Positions 13,503-26,522 of a DNA stretch of 64,000 bases are shown here, in pieces. The first letter of the stretch is position 1. Every line of letters begins with the position of its first letter. Origin of the DNA: Podospora anserina (lineage: Eukaryota); the NCBI GenBank assembly GCA_017654855.1, contig CM030335.1, positions 2,170,001 through 2,234,000 on the forward strand, given 5' to 3'. The position numbers and the translations under genes were made by a program. Below the pieces are notes generated by a model, which was not told the DNA's origin, did no database searches, and was given only the letters and a program-made list of their open reading frames with translations.

Positions 13503-14426
13503 ATGTCGCGCCTCGACCGCGAAGCCGACGCCTTTCGCGCCTCCATGGCCGCGGCAGCCTCCAAGCTCACGGGCACTACTGGCACCTCAGCCATGTCCTC
13601 GGCCGTCAAGCGCAACCTCGCACCCCCCTCGCCATCCCCCTCTGTCGGATCAACCACCTCGGCGGCGGTGGGCACACCCTCCCGCCGCGACCGCGAGCTC
13701 CCCGGCGCGAACATTGTGTACTCGCAACCCGCCGTCACGGGAACAGGCGACAGCGTCATCTCCCAAATGGCCTACGCGGTCACCTGGCTTAGGGGCAAGG
13801 ACGAGCCGCAGACCTACCACGACGTCCTCTCGTACCTCAGCGCCACGGGCCGGTCAGATTCAGAGCAGGAGTTTTTTGTGGAACAGATGCGTCGCCATCC
13901 GCAGATTCAATGGATCCCGGACCCGAATCTGAGCGAGCAGACGTGGAAGACGGGGACGTATATCCACCGGCCCACCATCCCCAACGTGAGGAACAAGACG
14001 CAGTTGATTGCGTACCTGCAAAAGAAAACCGATGCGTCTGGGGTGAGCGTCAAGGACTTGAAGGACGGCTGGCCGGATTGCGAGCCGGCGATTACGGAGC
14101 TCGAGAGGGAGCATAAGGTGCTGGTGATTAGAGCCAAGAAGGACGGGGCGGCGAGGATGGTTTGGCTGGACGATCCGAGTTTGTTTCACGAGGTGGAGCC
14201 GGATCTGGTGAGGGCGTGGAGCAGGGTTGAGCTGCCGGCGCTGGATGTCATTGCGCAGAAGCTGATACAGGCGGGGCAGAAGCCGGCGAGTGAGGATCCG
14301 AGGTTGAAGGCGGAGAAGATGCCGAAGGTGGAGAAGAAGAAGAAGAGGGCGGCGAGGAAGGGGACCAAGAGCACGAATACGCATATGGAGCATTTGTTGA
14401 AGGATTATAGTCACATGAAGAGGTAG
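13503..14426 (+). CDS. tfa2: Transcription initiation factor TFIIE beta subunit
   Basis: Motifs YSQP, YIHRP...VRNKTQL, GVSVKDLKDGWP and a C-terminal basic region with TNTHM, typical of Tfa2. Confidence 0.85.
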   Translation: MSRLDREADAFRASMAAAASKLTGTTGTSAMSSAVKRNLAPPSPSPSVGSTTSAAVGTPSRRDRELPGANIVYSQPAVTGTGDSVISQMAYAVTWLRGKDEPQTYHDVLSYLSATGRSDSEQEFFVEQMRRHPQIQWIPDPNLSEQTWKTGTYIHRPTIPNVRNKTQLIAYLQKKTDASGVSVKDLKDGWPDCEPAITELEREHKVLVIRAKKDGAARMVWLDDPSLFHEVEPDLVRAWSRVELPALDVIAQKLIQAGQKPASEDPRLKAEKMPKVEKKKKRAARKGTKSTNTHMEHLLKDYSHMKR

Positions 14427-15807
14427 ATGGGGGTTCTGGGTAGGCTGGGAAGATGTGTGTGTGTGTGGGGGGGGGGGTGGGGAGGGCGAAAAGAGGTGGA
14501 CTGGGGAAAGGGGGTATATCAAGCATTGGGATGGCGTTTTGTGGATTTGGGGCTTGGTTTTTGGGAGGCATGATTAGACTTTTTTTCAGGAGGGGGGGTT
14601 ATAACTTTCAGAATGGGGCACATACTGGATGGGGGGACGGGACGACAAGACGGGGAGATGAACGACAATGGGGACGAAAAATTGATATGAGAAGGGAGGA
14701 GGATGGGGGATGGAACATTGCATTAAGCGTTTGGCGTTGGGGGGGCTCTTGATATATATTTTACGACAGACAAAAAAAAGTCTACAGTGTTTTTTTTTTA
14801 TCAGGTGAGATACTGTTTTGGAGGTTGGGGGAGCCGTTGCTATTATCAAGGGCGGATTTGGCAGAGGGCAGGATAGCGATAATAACCAAATGAGGCTTTA
14901 TGCCAAAATCATGGTTTCTTGGTGGTATTAGTGCTCGTAAGTCCAGCTTCAATGGCGGGACTCCCATGTCGAATCAAAGCTAGCTGTCTTGCTTGGGGAG
15001 AGCGGGCAACACAAGTTATGTCTTGTCTTCAAGACAAGTTGTAAGAACAAGGGTTAATCACTCGTCGTCATTTGGGAGGTGTTTATGTAACGCCTCTCGA
15101 CTCGAATTGTGTATTTGTCGTGATCAGTAATCATGATGTTGGGAGCCCGCCTTGCCGACCTAGAAAGTGGAGACGGATTGATGGGTAGCGGCAGGTTTTT
15201 TCTGTCTTTGTTTCTGCTGCGTATAGCAGTTACGAGAAAACCCTTACGGCTTTGGACAGAGAGAAGGTATGGGGCGAGAGTGAGGTGGCGCGTGGTTGCC
15301 GAGGTCGGGCAGTGGGTGAAGGTAGGTAGCGTAGGGCTGGGAGTGGAAGGGGGCTATGGACCCGGACCCCCTTGATGCAAGTGGTGTGCGTCTCCTGGTA
15401 TTTGATTAAGGTGGTGGACGGGAGGTGGTGGGCACGTGGGAGGTCTCGGGGGTGTTTGTTCTTGTTTTCTTTTCATTCTTTCTTGATTTGATTGATTTGA
15501 GTTTTCATCGTCTTTCGTCTTCATCACCAACCAGACAGTAGGGCCACTTGCCCGCTGTTCTCGTCTCGACATGACCAGCTACAGCACGGGATACGGGGTC
15601 ACTAGTAACAAACAGACAAGAAAGACGGAAAGAAAAGTGGCTGGTTGCTGCCTTGCCGGTCAACGCAACGACGAAGCAGCTCACTCCATCAGAGCGAGGC
15701 CCAACGTATCTACCAGAGGCCAAGCCTCAAGAGACAACCCGAGATAGACAACCCACTCACTCACTCTATTCTACCAACACCGTCTCCAATTTTGAGCCCC
15801 AACCATC

Positions 15808-16620
15808 ATGCCCCCCTCCCCAACCACAACCACGACAACCCCCCAACCCTTCCACTTCAAAATCGACATCTACACCGACACAGTCTGCCCCTTCTCCCAC
15901 CTCGGCTTCCTCTCCCTCACCACCGCCGTCTCCTCCTTCTCCCCCCCGACCCCGGTGACCTTCTCCCTAACCTACCACCCCTACATCCTCTACCCCAACT
16001 CCCGCCCCTCCTCCCGCAAACTCGGCGCCGCACTCACATACATTTACTCCTCCCACACCCGCACAACCTCCATCCTCACCCACCTCGACAATCTGGCCAG
16101 CACCTACAACATCAAATTCAACTGGGAGGGGATGACCGGCAACAGCAGGGACTCGCACCGGCTGATCCTTTTGGCACAATCCCGCTTTCAAGCATCCCCC
16201 TCCCAGCAAAACCTCCGACGCTTCATGTCGCGCCTCTACCAAGCCAGCTTCCAACGCGGCCGCGACATCTCCTCCAGACAAACCCTCGCCGAACTAGGGG
16301 TGGAGGCAGGATTGTTCGGGACGGTAGACAAAGGGTTGGAATGGTTGGACTCGGGGGCTCTAGGGGAGGAGGTCGACAAAGAATGCGAAAAAGCCAAGCG
16401 AGAAATAGGCGTCAGAGCGGTACCAAGCTATGTCGTCAACGAACAGTACGTAGTGGGGGGGATGCAAGACCCGGTCGTGTGGCTGTCTTTGTTTGACAAG
16501 ATCATGCGACAGCCCACATCACAGCTGCAGGGTGGTGGTGAACAAAAGGGGGGGCAGCTTGGGAGGAGGGAGGAGCACGGGGGAAATTGTAGGGTTGTTG
16601 CTGTCGAAAATGACACATAG
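15808..16620 (+). CDS. DsbA/FrnE-like thioredoxin-fold protein
   Basis: IDIYTDTVCPFSHLG (CxxS), GNSRDSHRLI and GVRAVPSYVVN...VGGMQDP. Confidence 0.8.
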   Translation: MPPSPTTTTTTPQPFHFKIDIYTDTVCPFSHLGFLSLTTAVSSFSPPTPVTFSLTYHPYILYPNSRPSSRKLGAALTYIYSSHTRTTSILTHLDNLASTYNIKFNWEGMTGNSRDSHRLILLAQSRFQASPSQQNLRRFMSRLYQASFQRGRDISSRQTLAELGVEAGLFGTVDKGLEWLDSGALGEEVDKECEKAKREIGVRAVPSYVVNEQYVVGGMQDPVVWLSLFDKIMRQPTSQLQGGGEQKGGQLGRREEHGGNCRVVAVENDT

Positions 16621-16669
16621 GGGGGGAGCAAACAGGGGGGGAGGTGACACTTGGGAGAAAATAAAATAA

Positions 16670-16700
<31 letters not shown>

Positions 16701-17415
16701 CAGTGTTGGTTATGATGGTCTTGCATCAACAGAACAGCACAGATAATGGGGTTGAGGTAGACCCCGACATGCTGTGGCTAATGCTCAAAGAGGATGGACT
16801 TACCTACGCAGCCTCTTGGACAAGAGTCAGAGGCTGTTGAAAAAGGGGTGGGGGGTGTATTCAACTCTCCCAAACACTCACGCACTCATTTCCATCACAG
16901 CAGGTATACCAAACTTTCCCAATACATCATCTTCAAACTATTGACCTGATCATACATCATTAAACCTCAAAACCAACGCACGATGCGAGACAAATCAGTA
17001 ACATCAAAACCCCCAAACAAATCAACAATAAATAGATGAGATTCTCCCAGTCAAGAACCCCAGATAGTAAAAAACTAAATAAGCGCCATTCCCTATTCCA
17101 CCCATATCTGGCCAAAGAAATAAAACATCAAATAAACGACGTGCCCCTTTTTTTCACATTCAGATGGCCCCGTCTGGTGTGGTATATCTTGTAAAAACTC
17201 CTTGCCTTAAAACCCTCATTGATATTCCCTTTCCTTCCCCTATAAACCTTCCTCCCAATTTCCCGTCTTTCCTCCTCTTGATTAGGTGCATTCGCTAAAC
17301 CTGTGGTTCCGAACCGCCCCGGCCTCTCTGGGCCAACAGCCGCCTGCTTTTTATCTGCCGGGTGGTGATTGGTGTTGTACAGCTGTGGTATACATCGACG
17401 TCTAACAATGCCGAA

Positions 17416-19240
17416 TCAAATCTTGGTGCTGCCCGTCGCCTCCTTCACAGCCGCCTCGAGATCAGCCTGCCCGGCCCTGTCTTTGCAAGGTAGATACTTG
17501 TTCATGACCTGCTCAAAATCCTCCTTAGCCACGACAGCGCCGCCGCCGGAGCACTTGGCCTTCTTCTGAAGGTCCGAGCACAAGCCATCCAGATCAAAGT
17601 CGCCGTTTTGCACCTTGGGACACGTTTGCAGTTTCTCCCTGTTTTGCCTGTCAGTTACCCCCGTCACTGAAGCAGGAGTTGCATGTAACTCACCATATAC
17701 TGGTGCAGGTCAGTAGCTGTCCATTGGGCGTAACTTGATCGGCTTCTTTGGCGGCATCGATTTGGGCGAGGAGGTCGGGCTTTGGCGCTGGTACTTCGGT
17801 GGTTAGTGGCAGGTTGTATGGGGTGATGAAGTCGGCATCAAGGGCGTCGTTGAAGAAACTGTCATCGAAGCCATTAGACAGGATGTTCTCCTGTGGCTCG
17901 CGATAGTCCCCAAACAACTGAGGCTCAAACTGAAAGTCTGTCTGGGGCAGCCAGTTGAAGTCATTTGCATCACCGAAATGACCAAAGTCTGCAAGCTTGT
18001 CAGCATTATCGAACCGAAAACCGCGATATTGCACTGCAATTCTCACCCTGTGATGAGCCGTTCACGTTGAAACCAGACTGCTCCTCCCCGATGGTGGCCA
18101 GCGTGTCCACGGGTTTGAAGCCCATGGGCGACTGCGTAAACGGTTCGGGTGATGTCCCGCACGACGAGTTCGGCCCACCCATGTTGGAATTTGATGAGGC
18201 TGACGGCGAGCTTGTCGTTGTCGGGCCGTTCAAGTTGAACTGCGAGTCCAGATTGTGCGAGTTCAGGCCGAGGGGGCTGTATGTGCTCGAGTGATCAGGG
18301 CTGAAGCCGCTATTCGACTTGTCCAACGGGCTCCGTGTATCTGAATTGTTCCGCTTCGGCGGTATTGATGCTGCGGTCGATGTGGAGGACTTCTTGGTGT
18401 CATTGGTAACATTGGGCCCAGGCAGGGTGCCGAACTTGGGAAACTCGAATTGAAAGTTGACATCGTTCATGTTTTGAAGGAAAGGAGCGCCGAATAGCTT
18501 CGTGGGTCCTTGGTAACTTGGGCGACCGTTTGAGAGAGCTGACAGACGCTTTTTATATTCGTTCAACTCAACCGTCATCTTGTCGACCTGCGCGCGGAGA
18601 GCCTGCTTCTCCTTGTTGTGGGTTTCAGAGGCCTTCTCCAACTCCTCGACCTTGGTTTCCAACTCTTTCAGATGCTTTTCCTTGCGCTCTCTGAAAGCCC
18701 GTTGGGCAGCGCGGTTCTGGGCCTTGCGCTTCTGTTGCGAAACGGTCAGAATCCAACGTGGTTCGCTCAGGGGTTGTATTTACTTACTGAGCTTGGTTCT
18801 GTCGTCAATGGCTTTCTTCCCGGCTTCTTGGCAACCCTATCCTCACTCTCTCGCCTCTTGGCTCCACGGGCTTCATCCTCTTCATCGTCTGGATGGCTGC
18901 GCTTGTCGGGAGACTCTGTGTCGTCGGGAGATTCGGACTTGCCTCCATCTGAAGTACCGGGCAGGTCGGGAATCATCTTGGGCTGATTGCCGTCATTGAA
19001 GGAGAAGTCGAGAGTTGAATCGGCCCCGGCGAAATCGTAGTCGTAATCGAAGTCGGGGCTGCCTTGGAAGCTACCGAAGTTTTCCTGAAGCGGAGACCCA
19101 TTGAACTGGAGAGGAGACACGGTCATGGCCGAATTCACCGGAGTGTTTCCTTTGCGGTTGGAATTGAGGGCGGCATACAACAGGTTCTGCTGTTGCGGCG
19201 TGAGGATGAGGTCCTGAACGGGATTGCGTGTCGACGTCAT
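17416..19240 (-). CDS. yap1: Yap1/AP-1-like bZIP oxidative-stress transcription factor (introns 18732-18787, 17989-18046, 17639-17693)
   Basis: bZIP region KKPGRKP...KRKAQNRAAQRAFRERKEKHLKELETKV, SCGTSPEP, and the C-terminal CRD CTSIWEKLQTCPKVQNGDFDLDGLCSDLQKKAKCS. Confidence 0.93.
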
Positions 19241-20932
19241 TGTGTCTGCTTGACTCGCGTGACGTTTTGGACAACTAATTGAAGAAAATTAAGACTTGGG
19301 CCTTTCCCTCGAGAAGTTCAGATTAGACAGGGCCCAATGTCAAATGCGATTGCTGTCGGAGACGTAGGTGGCGGGAGCAGTGATGATTGGGCTGCTTATC
19401 TCCGCCCACACCCAACGGCGGACAGCGGGGTATCTGACGTTGAAGACAAAGACGAGCGCAGGGACAGCGCAGAGTGTCTCTCCACTAGTCTAAAGGCTGG
19501 TTCAGATTGATGAATCACTGAACCCTTGGTGACAGACGGCGTAAAAGATGGAGATGGGGTGTCTGGGACAGGTCGGGGCCACGACGAGGAGAGACCATAG
19601 AGTTCGCCTCCCGGGATTGGGGGAAGAGGTTTAGGCGCAGGCCACTCGAGTGCGACGCAGGGCTCGCAGCAGCAGGGCAGTGGAAAACGGGTCGGGAATC
19701 GGAGTCGGCGGAACTCGAATGCTTGCCTCGCCGTGTTCTTCTGGATGCCTGGACTGGAATTGGATGGACAGCTGGCAGCAGTATCTCGGTATGTATGGTA
19801 TGGTATGTACGAGTACGTAAGGACTTTCTACGGATGGGAGAAACGAGAAAAAGGACGAAGAGTCAGACCGATGGGCGAAACTGGGAGCAAGACTACAGGT
19901 CGAGGGGGCCCTTGGTCTGGTGAGCTCCATCAATTTGTCAGCCGTCAATGGAAGATGTTGGACGGAAGCTGGTCCGAGCGAGCGCGAACCGACAGGGGTC
20001 CTTCGGCGTGCGGTCTTCTTCAACAGCGGCCCAGGGTCGGCCATGATTGCCCCACCTTGTTGACCCTGAACGGGTTGTGGGTGGTCAGCCCAGCCCCTCT
20101 ATCTTGGGGACCCTACTGCGGTAGACCCGTGCAGACAACGGACAATAGACAAGAGATCAGCAAGCACACGCCATTTTTGCATTTTGGGTGATGGGATTCT
20201 AGATGCCATAGATTTACCTCTGGCCGTTTAATATCCGGTTCTGTTGGTAGCGACGAGCATGTTACAAGGTGCTGAGTCAAGCCAACAGCGCTGTCTCATA
20301 GGACCGAGGGGTATGTGGGCATAGAGGACTGCCTGCGCCTTTCAAGCGACACGGGTGACTATTCGATAAAAGGGGAAGTGGAACTGATTGTTTCTGAATC
20401 ATTATCTCCAGGCAGCTGTTCTCACCGCATGACCTGGTTCCTACAGTAGAAAGCCTCGGAGATAATATTCATGACCGAGGCATAAGTCCTTGTGCAATAT
20501 GTCGATATGCCGCGAGCTACCATGAAGCATCTCATCTGGGGTATGTTTCCGATATCAAGTGTCAGTTGTACATCCATCGACCTAATAGTCCCACTTCACT
20601 GCAGGAATATATACATCTCCGCTCTCTAGTGTAAAGGTCTGGATGGCCTGGACGCATGCGTGGCGATGACAGTGTAGTGGAGGGCCCGTGCAGCTTGTCC
20701 CCCGTTTTAGGCGCAAGCAGCGGAGCCCCGCGCGCAGTTTGTGCCCGCTCCATCCGCTCACGGCAGTGGGATTGGCGACATCATGCCATCAGCCTTGTGT
20801 AACGCCAGGTGACGACAGAGCAATCACTTGCCGGCCAGCCATATCCAAGACCAACCACCTCTAGCAAAAGTGACCACTTGGTAGCATATCAGATCCAGTA
20901 ATCTCAACGATAACCCCCACGTACAGTCCCTC

Positions 20933-22355
20933 ATGGACATCGCATACGACCACATCCTCGAGTCCAACTTCGAGGACAAGAGCGAGTCCCAGAACAGACA
21001 GAACCAGCCCGCCGCTCCACAGGCGAGCTTGAACGAGGATCTCCAGGATGCTTACCGCGCCTTTTCCAACAGTCCTTGGGGCGCTAGGATTGGAGGTTTC
21101 TTTGGTAGCGTGGTGAAGCAGGTGTGTGTTTCTCTCTCTCGGGTGGTCAACCTCGGCATAGCTCGACTGACGGTGTTTGTTCCCAGGGTGAGACTATCTA
21201 TCATGAAGCCCAGCAAGAGCTCTCCGCCGTAAGCCAAGATGCGACCCGCGGCTTCACCGACCTGCGCCAGACTATCATCAACCGCACCCGATCGCTCTCC
21301 TTGAACACCTCACCACCAGCCGACGCCGGTTCCTCCTCTCAGGACACGGGCGACCAGACCACCCCCACCCGCGCCAAAGCCCTCTCATCAGAAGAAGCCC
21401 TCGCCGAATCCGAATCCGTACTCACCCGTCTCAAAGAAGAAGCCGCCAAACGCCTAAAGGATCTCCAGAAAGCCGAAGACGCCGCCGACGAAGCTCTCCT
21501 CAGGTTCGGTTCCAACCTCCGCGACTTCTTCCGCGACGCCATCCAAATCGCACCACCCACCAACGATCAGGGAGACAACCAGGGCAACACCGTTTTGTTC
21601 GAGAGCAAGGATGCCGCTGGGAAGAGGGTGATCCACACCTCGCGGTTCGATGCGCAGCTTCACGTCATCCACACCACCACGGACAACTTCATCAAGGATG
21701 GCACTGGCGCCGAGTATGAGACCTGGGCCAAGGAGTTTGATGTCGATAAGAAGACGGAGGACATCGCTGCTGATCTCGCCAAGTACCCCGAGTTGAGAAC
21801 GACAATGGAGAAGCTGGTTCCCGACACGGTTCCCTATGCGGATTTCTGGAAGAGGTACTACTTCCTCAGACACGGTATTGAGACTGCTGAGGCCAGGCGT
21901 AGGGACTTGCTCAAGGGTAAGATTATGAGCCCACCTGTCCACTTGGAAACTTGTACCTATGCTAACATGACCCAGCTGCCTCGGCTGAAGAGGAAGTTGG
22001 CTGGGACGAGGACTCTTCCGAAGAAGAAGAAGAGGAGGAGGATTCCAGCGAGGAGGAGTCCAGTGATGAGGAGGAGTCGGCCCCCGCCAAACCCGCCATT
22101 GCCAAACCTGTGCCTACTGCTGAGGCCAAGCGCCCTGGTTCTTCAAACTCTGCCTCCACGATTAACCCTACTACCACTGCTGCCAAGCCGGCAGAGCCTC
22201 GCAAGTCTGACGACAGGAAATCGATGGCGGATAGTGACACCAGCTACGATGTTGTCGGCGCCGCGTCTGGTGTACCCAGTCAGGCGCCCAACAGTCCCAA
22301 GGACGCGAAGAAGCTCGATGACAGTGATGGCAGTGATGAGGAGGATTGGGAGTAG
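20933..22355 (+). CDS. BSD-domain protein, Dos2-like (introns 21122-21186, 21917-21975)
   Basis: SPWGARIGGFF, TSRFDAQL, BSD core MEKLVPDTVPYADFWKRYYF, EEEVGWDED, and an acidic tail ending EEDWE. Confidence 0.85.
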
Positions 22356-22696
22356 GAAGCCAGATTGGGAGTCAGCATTTGAGAGATGTCACAGCAGGAA
22401 ACATGGATGGACGGCGTTTGATTTGTTGAATAACTTTTGGGTTTATCGCTTTGCTAGTCGGCGGAGTTTATAATGGGTATTTTCACTCTGCAACATCAAG
22501 GGGCCAGAATATTTTGTTGCCTGTCCGGAAATTCTGTTATAGTTTCTTCAACGTTTGGAAGCTCTCTTTTCCATAGCAACCCCCTTGGAGCAGACCTTCA
22601 CAGAGGTTCTTAACTGGGTATCTCGCTTTTTATTTCACCCCTCCCTCTTTGGGCACCCCCCTTTTTTTTTTTTTTTCCCCTTCCACCCCATTACCA

Positions 22697-23331
22697 TTAC
22701 CTCTTCTTCCTCGTGACAGTCTGAAACCCATCCTCATCCACCTCGGGCTCCTGCTTTTCCCTTCTTGGAGCCTGCACCAACGCAGGCGCATCCTCCATAT
22801 CCTCATCCTCCTCCTCATCATCATCCGTATCCCACTCCCCTTCTTCCTCTTGGTCCTCCCCCTTTGCAAAAACCACTTTACTCCCCTTCTTTTCGGTGTA
22901 CCGCCTCCCCAGCTGCTCCACCTCGTCAAACTTGCCCTTTAGACAGTCCTTCCTGATCCTGATGATGCTCTCGGCTACCTCGAAGGCGGAGTCGTCGTCG
23001 ACGTTGACTTCGAACTCGTCGAGCATGACGTTGAGGAGGAATTCTTCAATGTATTCGGCGTCTGGTTCTTCTGAGGGGGCAGAGCGGGAGGTGGAGGTGG
23101 AGGTAGTAAGGGGGGGGAAGAGCTCGGAGACGGCGCCGGCGAACCAGTCGCGTTTGTCGGAGGAGTCGGGGCCGCCCCAGTGGTTTTGCACGGCGAGGGT
23201 GAGGGCTGGCCAGAGGTTGAGGAGGAGGGAGATGCCGCGCTCGAAGGTGGTTTGGGTTTGCGCTGGGGGGGAGTTAGCATCTGGTACGCAAAGGAGGGGG
23301 GACGGTAAGTACCTGGTGATGGGGCCTCCAT
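22697..23331 (-). CDS. tsr2: Pre-rRNA processing protein Tsr2 (intron 23263-23312)
   Basis: LWPALTLAVQNHWGGPDSSDKRDW (WGG motif), DEFEVNVDDDS and C-terminal DEDGFQTVTRK. Confidence 0.92.
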
Positions 23332-23989
23332 TTTAGGTAATTTTGATGTGAAGAAAGAATGTGCGACTCTGGGAAGAAGCGGGAGAAGTTGATATGACGG
23401 GAATTAGCGGCGGTGGTGGTGGTGATGGTGGTGGTGATAGTTGTATGCTGGTTCATGGAGGGGTTCCCTCTAGGATTTTTTTTCTTTGGAGCGCCCAAGT
23501 TTACTTGCGCACTGCTGCGGGTTGCCCCGCCAGTTTTCTCAGTTTGCGACAGCACCTTGATGGATCTGTTCTGGGTTAGGGTTGGGTGTGGCTGATCTTG
23601 TGCCACCGGACTTGTACTTGGATTCAGGTTTAGCCCGTGGTTGAGACGGGTTTAAAGATCTTGATTGCGCCGGCCATGTAATATATTATCCCGAATCTCT
23701 GTTCACTGTCATTATCCCGAATTCCTTCAATTTGCTGCCATGACAGCTCGGCTGAGAGTCGAAGATGCCAAGACGCAATGACGGCATCGGTTAACAGTGC
23801 GACGACAGGGGCTCGCATTTGTTCTGGCCGTTTCCAGCGTCCATCAATCAAGAGCTCCGTGGTGCACCGTGGACTGCCGTGACTCCCTCGTCCCTCGTTG
23901 CGTATCTGTCCGACGCCTATTTAAACGTCTCTTCCTCACCACAATAATCCGGGAGACCTGATATCACCTCACCACCTCACCACCACAAA

Positions 23990-24700
23990 ATGTCCCAACA
24001 ACCAACACTCCTAATCGGCTCAACAGGCCTAGTAGGCTCCCACATCCTCTCCACCCTCCTCTCCTCCTCCGTCCCCGTCACCACAATCTCCCGCCGCCCC
24101 CCCAAAACCCCCGGCCCAACCCTCACCCCCATCATCGAATCCAACACCGACCTCTGGACCTCCTCCCTTTCCTCACTCGCCCCCCCGCCCAAAACAGTCA
24201 TCTCCGCCCTCGGCACCACCCGCACCGCCGCAGGCGGCATAGCAAACCAGTGGAAAATCGACCACGACCTCAACGTCGCCCTGGCCAGAGCAGCGAAAGA
24301 TTCTGGAACCAAAACCTTTGTTTTTGTGTCTAGCGGTGGGACGAGGGGTTTGTTCAGCAATTATGTGCCGTACAGCAAGATGAAGATTGGGGTGGAGGAT
24401 ACGATCAAGGAGTTGGGGTTTGAGCACGCGGTGATACTCAGGCCGGGGTTGATACTGGGGGAGAGGGAGCAGGCTAGGCTTGGGGAGGGGCAGGCGCAAG
24501 GGGTGGTCAAGGCGATTGGGCGGTGGTTTGGGAGGGGGGTGGTGGACAGGTTTGCGCAGGAGGGGGAGGTTATTGCGCGGGCGGCGGTGAAGGCGGTGGA
24601 GATGATTGAGGGGGGGAGGGCGCCGAGTAAATACTGGATTTTGGAGCAGAATGATATTGTGAGGTTGGGGAGGGAGGAGTGGAAGGGGGAGACGAAGTAA
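23990..24700 (+). CDS. fmp52: Fmp52/TIP30-like NAD(P)-binding Rossmann protein
   Basis: IGSTGLVG, SALGTTR...KIDHDLN, YSKMK and ILRPGLILGER. Confidence 0.85.
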   Translation: MSQQPTLLIGSTGLVGSHILSTLLSSSVPVTTISRRPPKTPGPTLTPIIESNTDLWTSSLSSLAPPPKTVISALGTTRTAAGGIANQWKIDHDLNVALARAAKDSGTKTFVFVSSGGTRGLFSNYVPYSKMKIGVEDTIKELGFEHAVILRPGLILGEREQARLGEGQAQGVVKAIGRWFGRGVVDRFAQEGEVIARAAVKAVEMIEGGRAPSKYWILEQNDIVRLGREEWKGETK

Positions 24701-25234
24701 GGGGAGGGAAGCGATGTGGATGGGGAGAGGAGGTAAGATAGGGGAGATGGTATAGGTGTGGGCGGGCTAACTGTTGTACTGGATGGATGTGGCGTTCGGG
24801 TCCGGGTTGCTGTGTTTTAACTGGAACCGGTGAAGATTGTATCGTGCTGGGTATCCTATAGGAATAATTCTTTTCTACTATAATTCGAGATCAATCACAT
24901 CTCCCATGCTATCTCACATTGTACAGTACAGCGTAATTCGTAATTACACCACCACGCTGTGTCACCCCGATAATCACACCAAGCCAAGCAAGACTAGAAA
25001 ACAAGCTTAAATCCACGTCCGTGGTCCCCCTCCTATCGGGTTATCGTTGGACCATTATCTTATTATTCATCTCATCCCACATTGGCCGTTGTCAACCATT
25101 CCCCCTGAACGGATGGTGTGAGAGCGGGAAACGTACCAAGCTGCCCCACTACCCCGCCACCACCCACGCCGCGGCACCCGCTCCGGTTATCTATCTATCT
25201 GGTCTATCGAGACATTTTAGTGTGATTCCACAGC

Positions 25235-25443
25235 CACTCACTCACTCACTCAATCACTCACTCACTCACTCACTCACGCAGACTGATTTGTCTCATATAT
25301 ACACCTTTATACTTTCTCTCATTTTTTGCCAGAGGGGGTGAGTTGACTTTGACTCATCACCACACAAACAACTCACTCACTCACTCACTCACTCACTCAC
25401 TCACTTTGACCAACCACCACCACCACCACCACCACCACCACAC
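25235..25443 (+). repeat. (CACT)n and (CAC)n microsatellites upstream of riboflavin kinase
   Basis: CACT runs at ~25235-25276 and ~25371-25405, and a CAC run at ~25414-25443, read directly from the sequence. Confidence 0.9.
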
Positions 25444-25450
25444 CCAAAAG

Positions 25451-26062
25451 ATGTCCAAAGAAGAGATACCAACCGGCACCACCACCGCCTCGGGCCTCCG
25501 ACCCCTCCTCATCGGCCCCAGCTCCGGTCCCGAACCTCCATACCCGTACCGCATGTCCGGCCCCGTGATCTCCGGCTTCGGCCGCGGCTCCAAAGAACTC
25601 GGGATTCCCACCGCCAACCTCCCCGTCGATAACTCCCTCACCCCCTGGATCTCCTCCATCCCATCGGGCGTTTACTTTGGTTGGGCGTCTCTTCTCTTAC
25701 CCCCCAGCCACCCGAACTACAGCCCAGCCTCCAACACCAGCTGGAGCATGTTTCCAATGGTCATGTCCATAGGCTACAACCCCTTCTACAAAAACGACAC
25801 CCGCTCCGCGGAAGTCCACGTGTTGCATGAGTTCCAGGCAGACTTCTACGGCACAGACATGCGCCTCCTCATCATGGGCTACATCCGCGACGAAAAGGAC
25901 TACAAGGGACTCGACGACCTGGTCGAGGACATCACCTTTGACTGTCGGGTCGCTCGACAGTCCCTCTCGAGACCAGGGTGGAGGGTCAAAGAATTAGGGG
26001 ATGGGGGTCAGTTTGAGGGCGGTTGGCTGGTTGAGCAAGAAGAAGAGAAGGCGAGTTTATAA
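25451..26062 (+). CDS. fmn1: Riboflavin kinase
   Basis: [41 protein letters not shown] and GYIRDEKDY. Confidence 0.95.
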   Translation: MSKEEIPTGTTTASGLRPLLIGPSSGPEPPYPYRMSGPVISGFGRGSKELGIPTANLPVDNSLTPWISSIPSGVYFGWASLLLPPSHPNYSPASNTSWSMFPMVMSIGYNPFYKNDTRSAEVHVLHEFQADFYGTDMRLLIMGYIRDEKDYKGLDDLVEDITFDCRVARQSLSRPGWRVKELGDGGQFEGGWLVEQEEEKASL

Positions 26063-26522
26063 GAAATAAGCGTTTTTATAGACATAAAAAAGCAAGCGAT
26101 TCAATAATTGAGCATTCAACAACCCCCCCTCCCCCCCCCCCCTCTTCCCTTTCCTCTCTCTCCCAAAAAATTATGAACAGTTCTCCGCGAGTTGTGTAAT
26201 AGGTATAGATCACGAGACAGAAAAACAAATGTATACAAATCACTTCTTCTCTTTTATATAACCAACCATCAACATATCCAAAACTTGTTGAATCCAAACT
26301 TCGCTTTAGCGAAAAGAAACGAAACGCAGAAACGAAAAAGCAACACCATTCAAATGCCAACCTTTCCCCCCCCGCCTTCCCTACCGCTTCTTCCACCCAG
26401 TCACGCTTTTTGAATATACCCATCCAATACGTATCCCTTTCCTTACCCAAGAAATATATAAACTAGTCTTCATATTACCCCTTCCCCTTTTTTTTTCCCA
26501 CGCTTGCGCTTTCGCCTCTTCT

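Noticed and set aside
25343-25450. Poly-His N-terminal extension of riboflavin kinase
   Set aside because: Starts at TTG and consists of microsatellite. It lies between GTGAGT (25338) and AAG (25450), so it is more likely a 5' UTR intron.
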